From Azolla caroliniana (Eukaryota; Plantae; Polypodiophyta): a stretch of 64,000 nucleotides of DNA. The position numbers and the translations under genes are program-made. The notes under the pieces are model-generated. The model was not told the origin of the DNA and did not search any database. It worked only from the letters and a program-made list of their open reading frames with translations. Below, one piece after another: positions 63,137 through 64,000 of the stretch. The stretch lies in assembly GCA_043228905.1 (NCBI GenBank), contig JBHGNT010000008.1, forward strand, positions 16,430,001 through 16,494,000, in the 5' to 3' direction. How positions within the stretch are numbered: the stretch's first letter is position 1; every line of letters begins with the position of its first letter.

Positions 63137-64000
63137 ACAAATAAGCCAATACCTTAGTTTCACCGCTCAACAGATGACCGAACTTTGGCAATCTCAAAGT
63201 GCTCTCAAGGCACGTTGTCGTGAAGAAAACCGTCCCCAGGTGCAAACCGTGTATAGTGTGTGTGAACCGGCCCTTGAACGTGGGCACGCCCCTTGTTGTA
63301 TAGTAGATAGGTAGGCAGAAAGGTTAAATCCTAGGTAACAATATTCTATAGGGGAAATCGAGGAGTATCTCTATCCGAAAGGATAGAGAATTAATGCGAT
63401 GTAAACGGGTGAACATCTCCCTCCTTGAGCTATAAAGGAGAGGGAGACGGGGGGGGAGAAGGGTATCGCGCGCTAGAGGGGACGAAGTGTTGTCGGATTG
63501 GGGAGAGCTCTTCTCCTCTGTCGTTCTCCATAGCTTTCTTTGCGCAGGCTCTCGAGAGGCTGATTATGCTCCGTGGAACGCCCGTGTGCTTTCGGCAGAG
63601 TCTCCATCTTGTTCCCCTGTGTGCGTGGGTGATCAGGCGTCGCCCGTCTCGCCGACCTGATCGGCTGTAACCGTTCGAGTCATCTGCATACATATATTTA
63701 TATACGCGTTCTTATACTCTATCTCCTACCCAACTTGTGTCTCTTGTGTTGATTAGGCTGCATTCCCGCGTGCTTCTTTGTCTATCCGTGTGTGAGTGTC
63801 TCTCTCTCTCTCTCTCCTTTCGCTTCCTCACCTATTCCTCGGTCCAAGACCCCAGTGGTCCCGCCTCGTTCTCCACGCACACGCGTAGCAACTCGACATT
63901 ATTTGGTGAACCCGACGTGAAAGAGGCGGCAGAGGAGTAGAAGATGAGGGGGTCGGACTTCGCAGAAGCCATGGCTTTGGCTGTGGACCGTATAGTGAGT

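Overview
Eukaryotic land-plant nuclear DNA with GT-AG spliceosomal introns and heavy TE content; a fern or other seed-free plant is my guess from TE style, not something the sequence proves. The first half holds two intact multi-exon genes, a class II PRPP synthetase (PRS3/4-like, +, 3773-9247) and an ESCRT-III SNF7/VPS32 gene (-, 28095-30855), plus a probable single-exon josephin-like gene (-, 18302-18934). Between them lie a Ty3/Gypsy remnant split by a solo LTR, a degenerate near full-length L1 LINE, CACTA debris and a complete hAT element (21723-26865; perfect 20-bp TIRs, 8-bp TSD) that carries a captured host exon. From about 35.4 kb to the end is a nested LTR-retrotransposon pile: a Copia is interrupted by a + strand LTR element (LTR 38961-39992, Met PBS), into which three related Copia elements and one Gypsy element inserted, all four with recognisable TSDs. 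The most unusual signals are a CRISPR-like array of palindromic repeats with unique spacers in the host element's leader, a tRNA-like Pol III promoter inside its LTR, a roughly 870-codon extra ORF downstream of the Gypsy integrase, a conserved Pol C-terminal extension between duplicated PPTs in the Copia family, and the Pack-hAT capture. All alignments and counts were made by eye.
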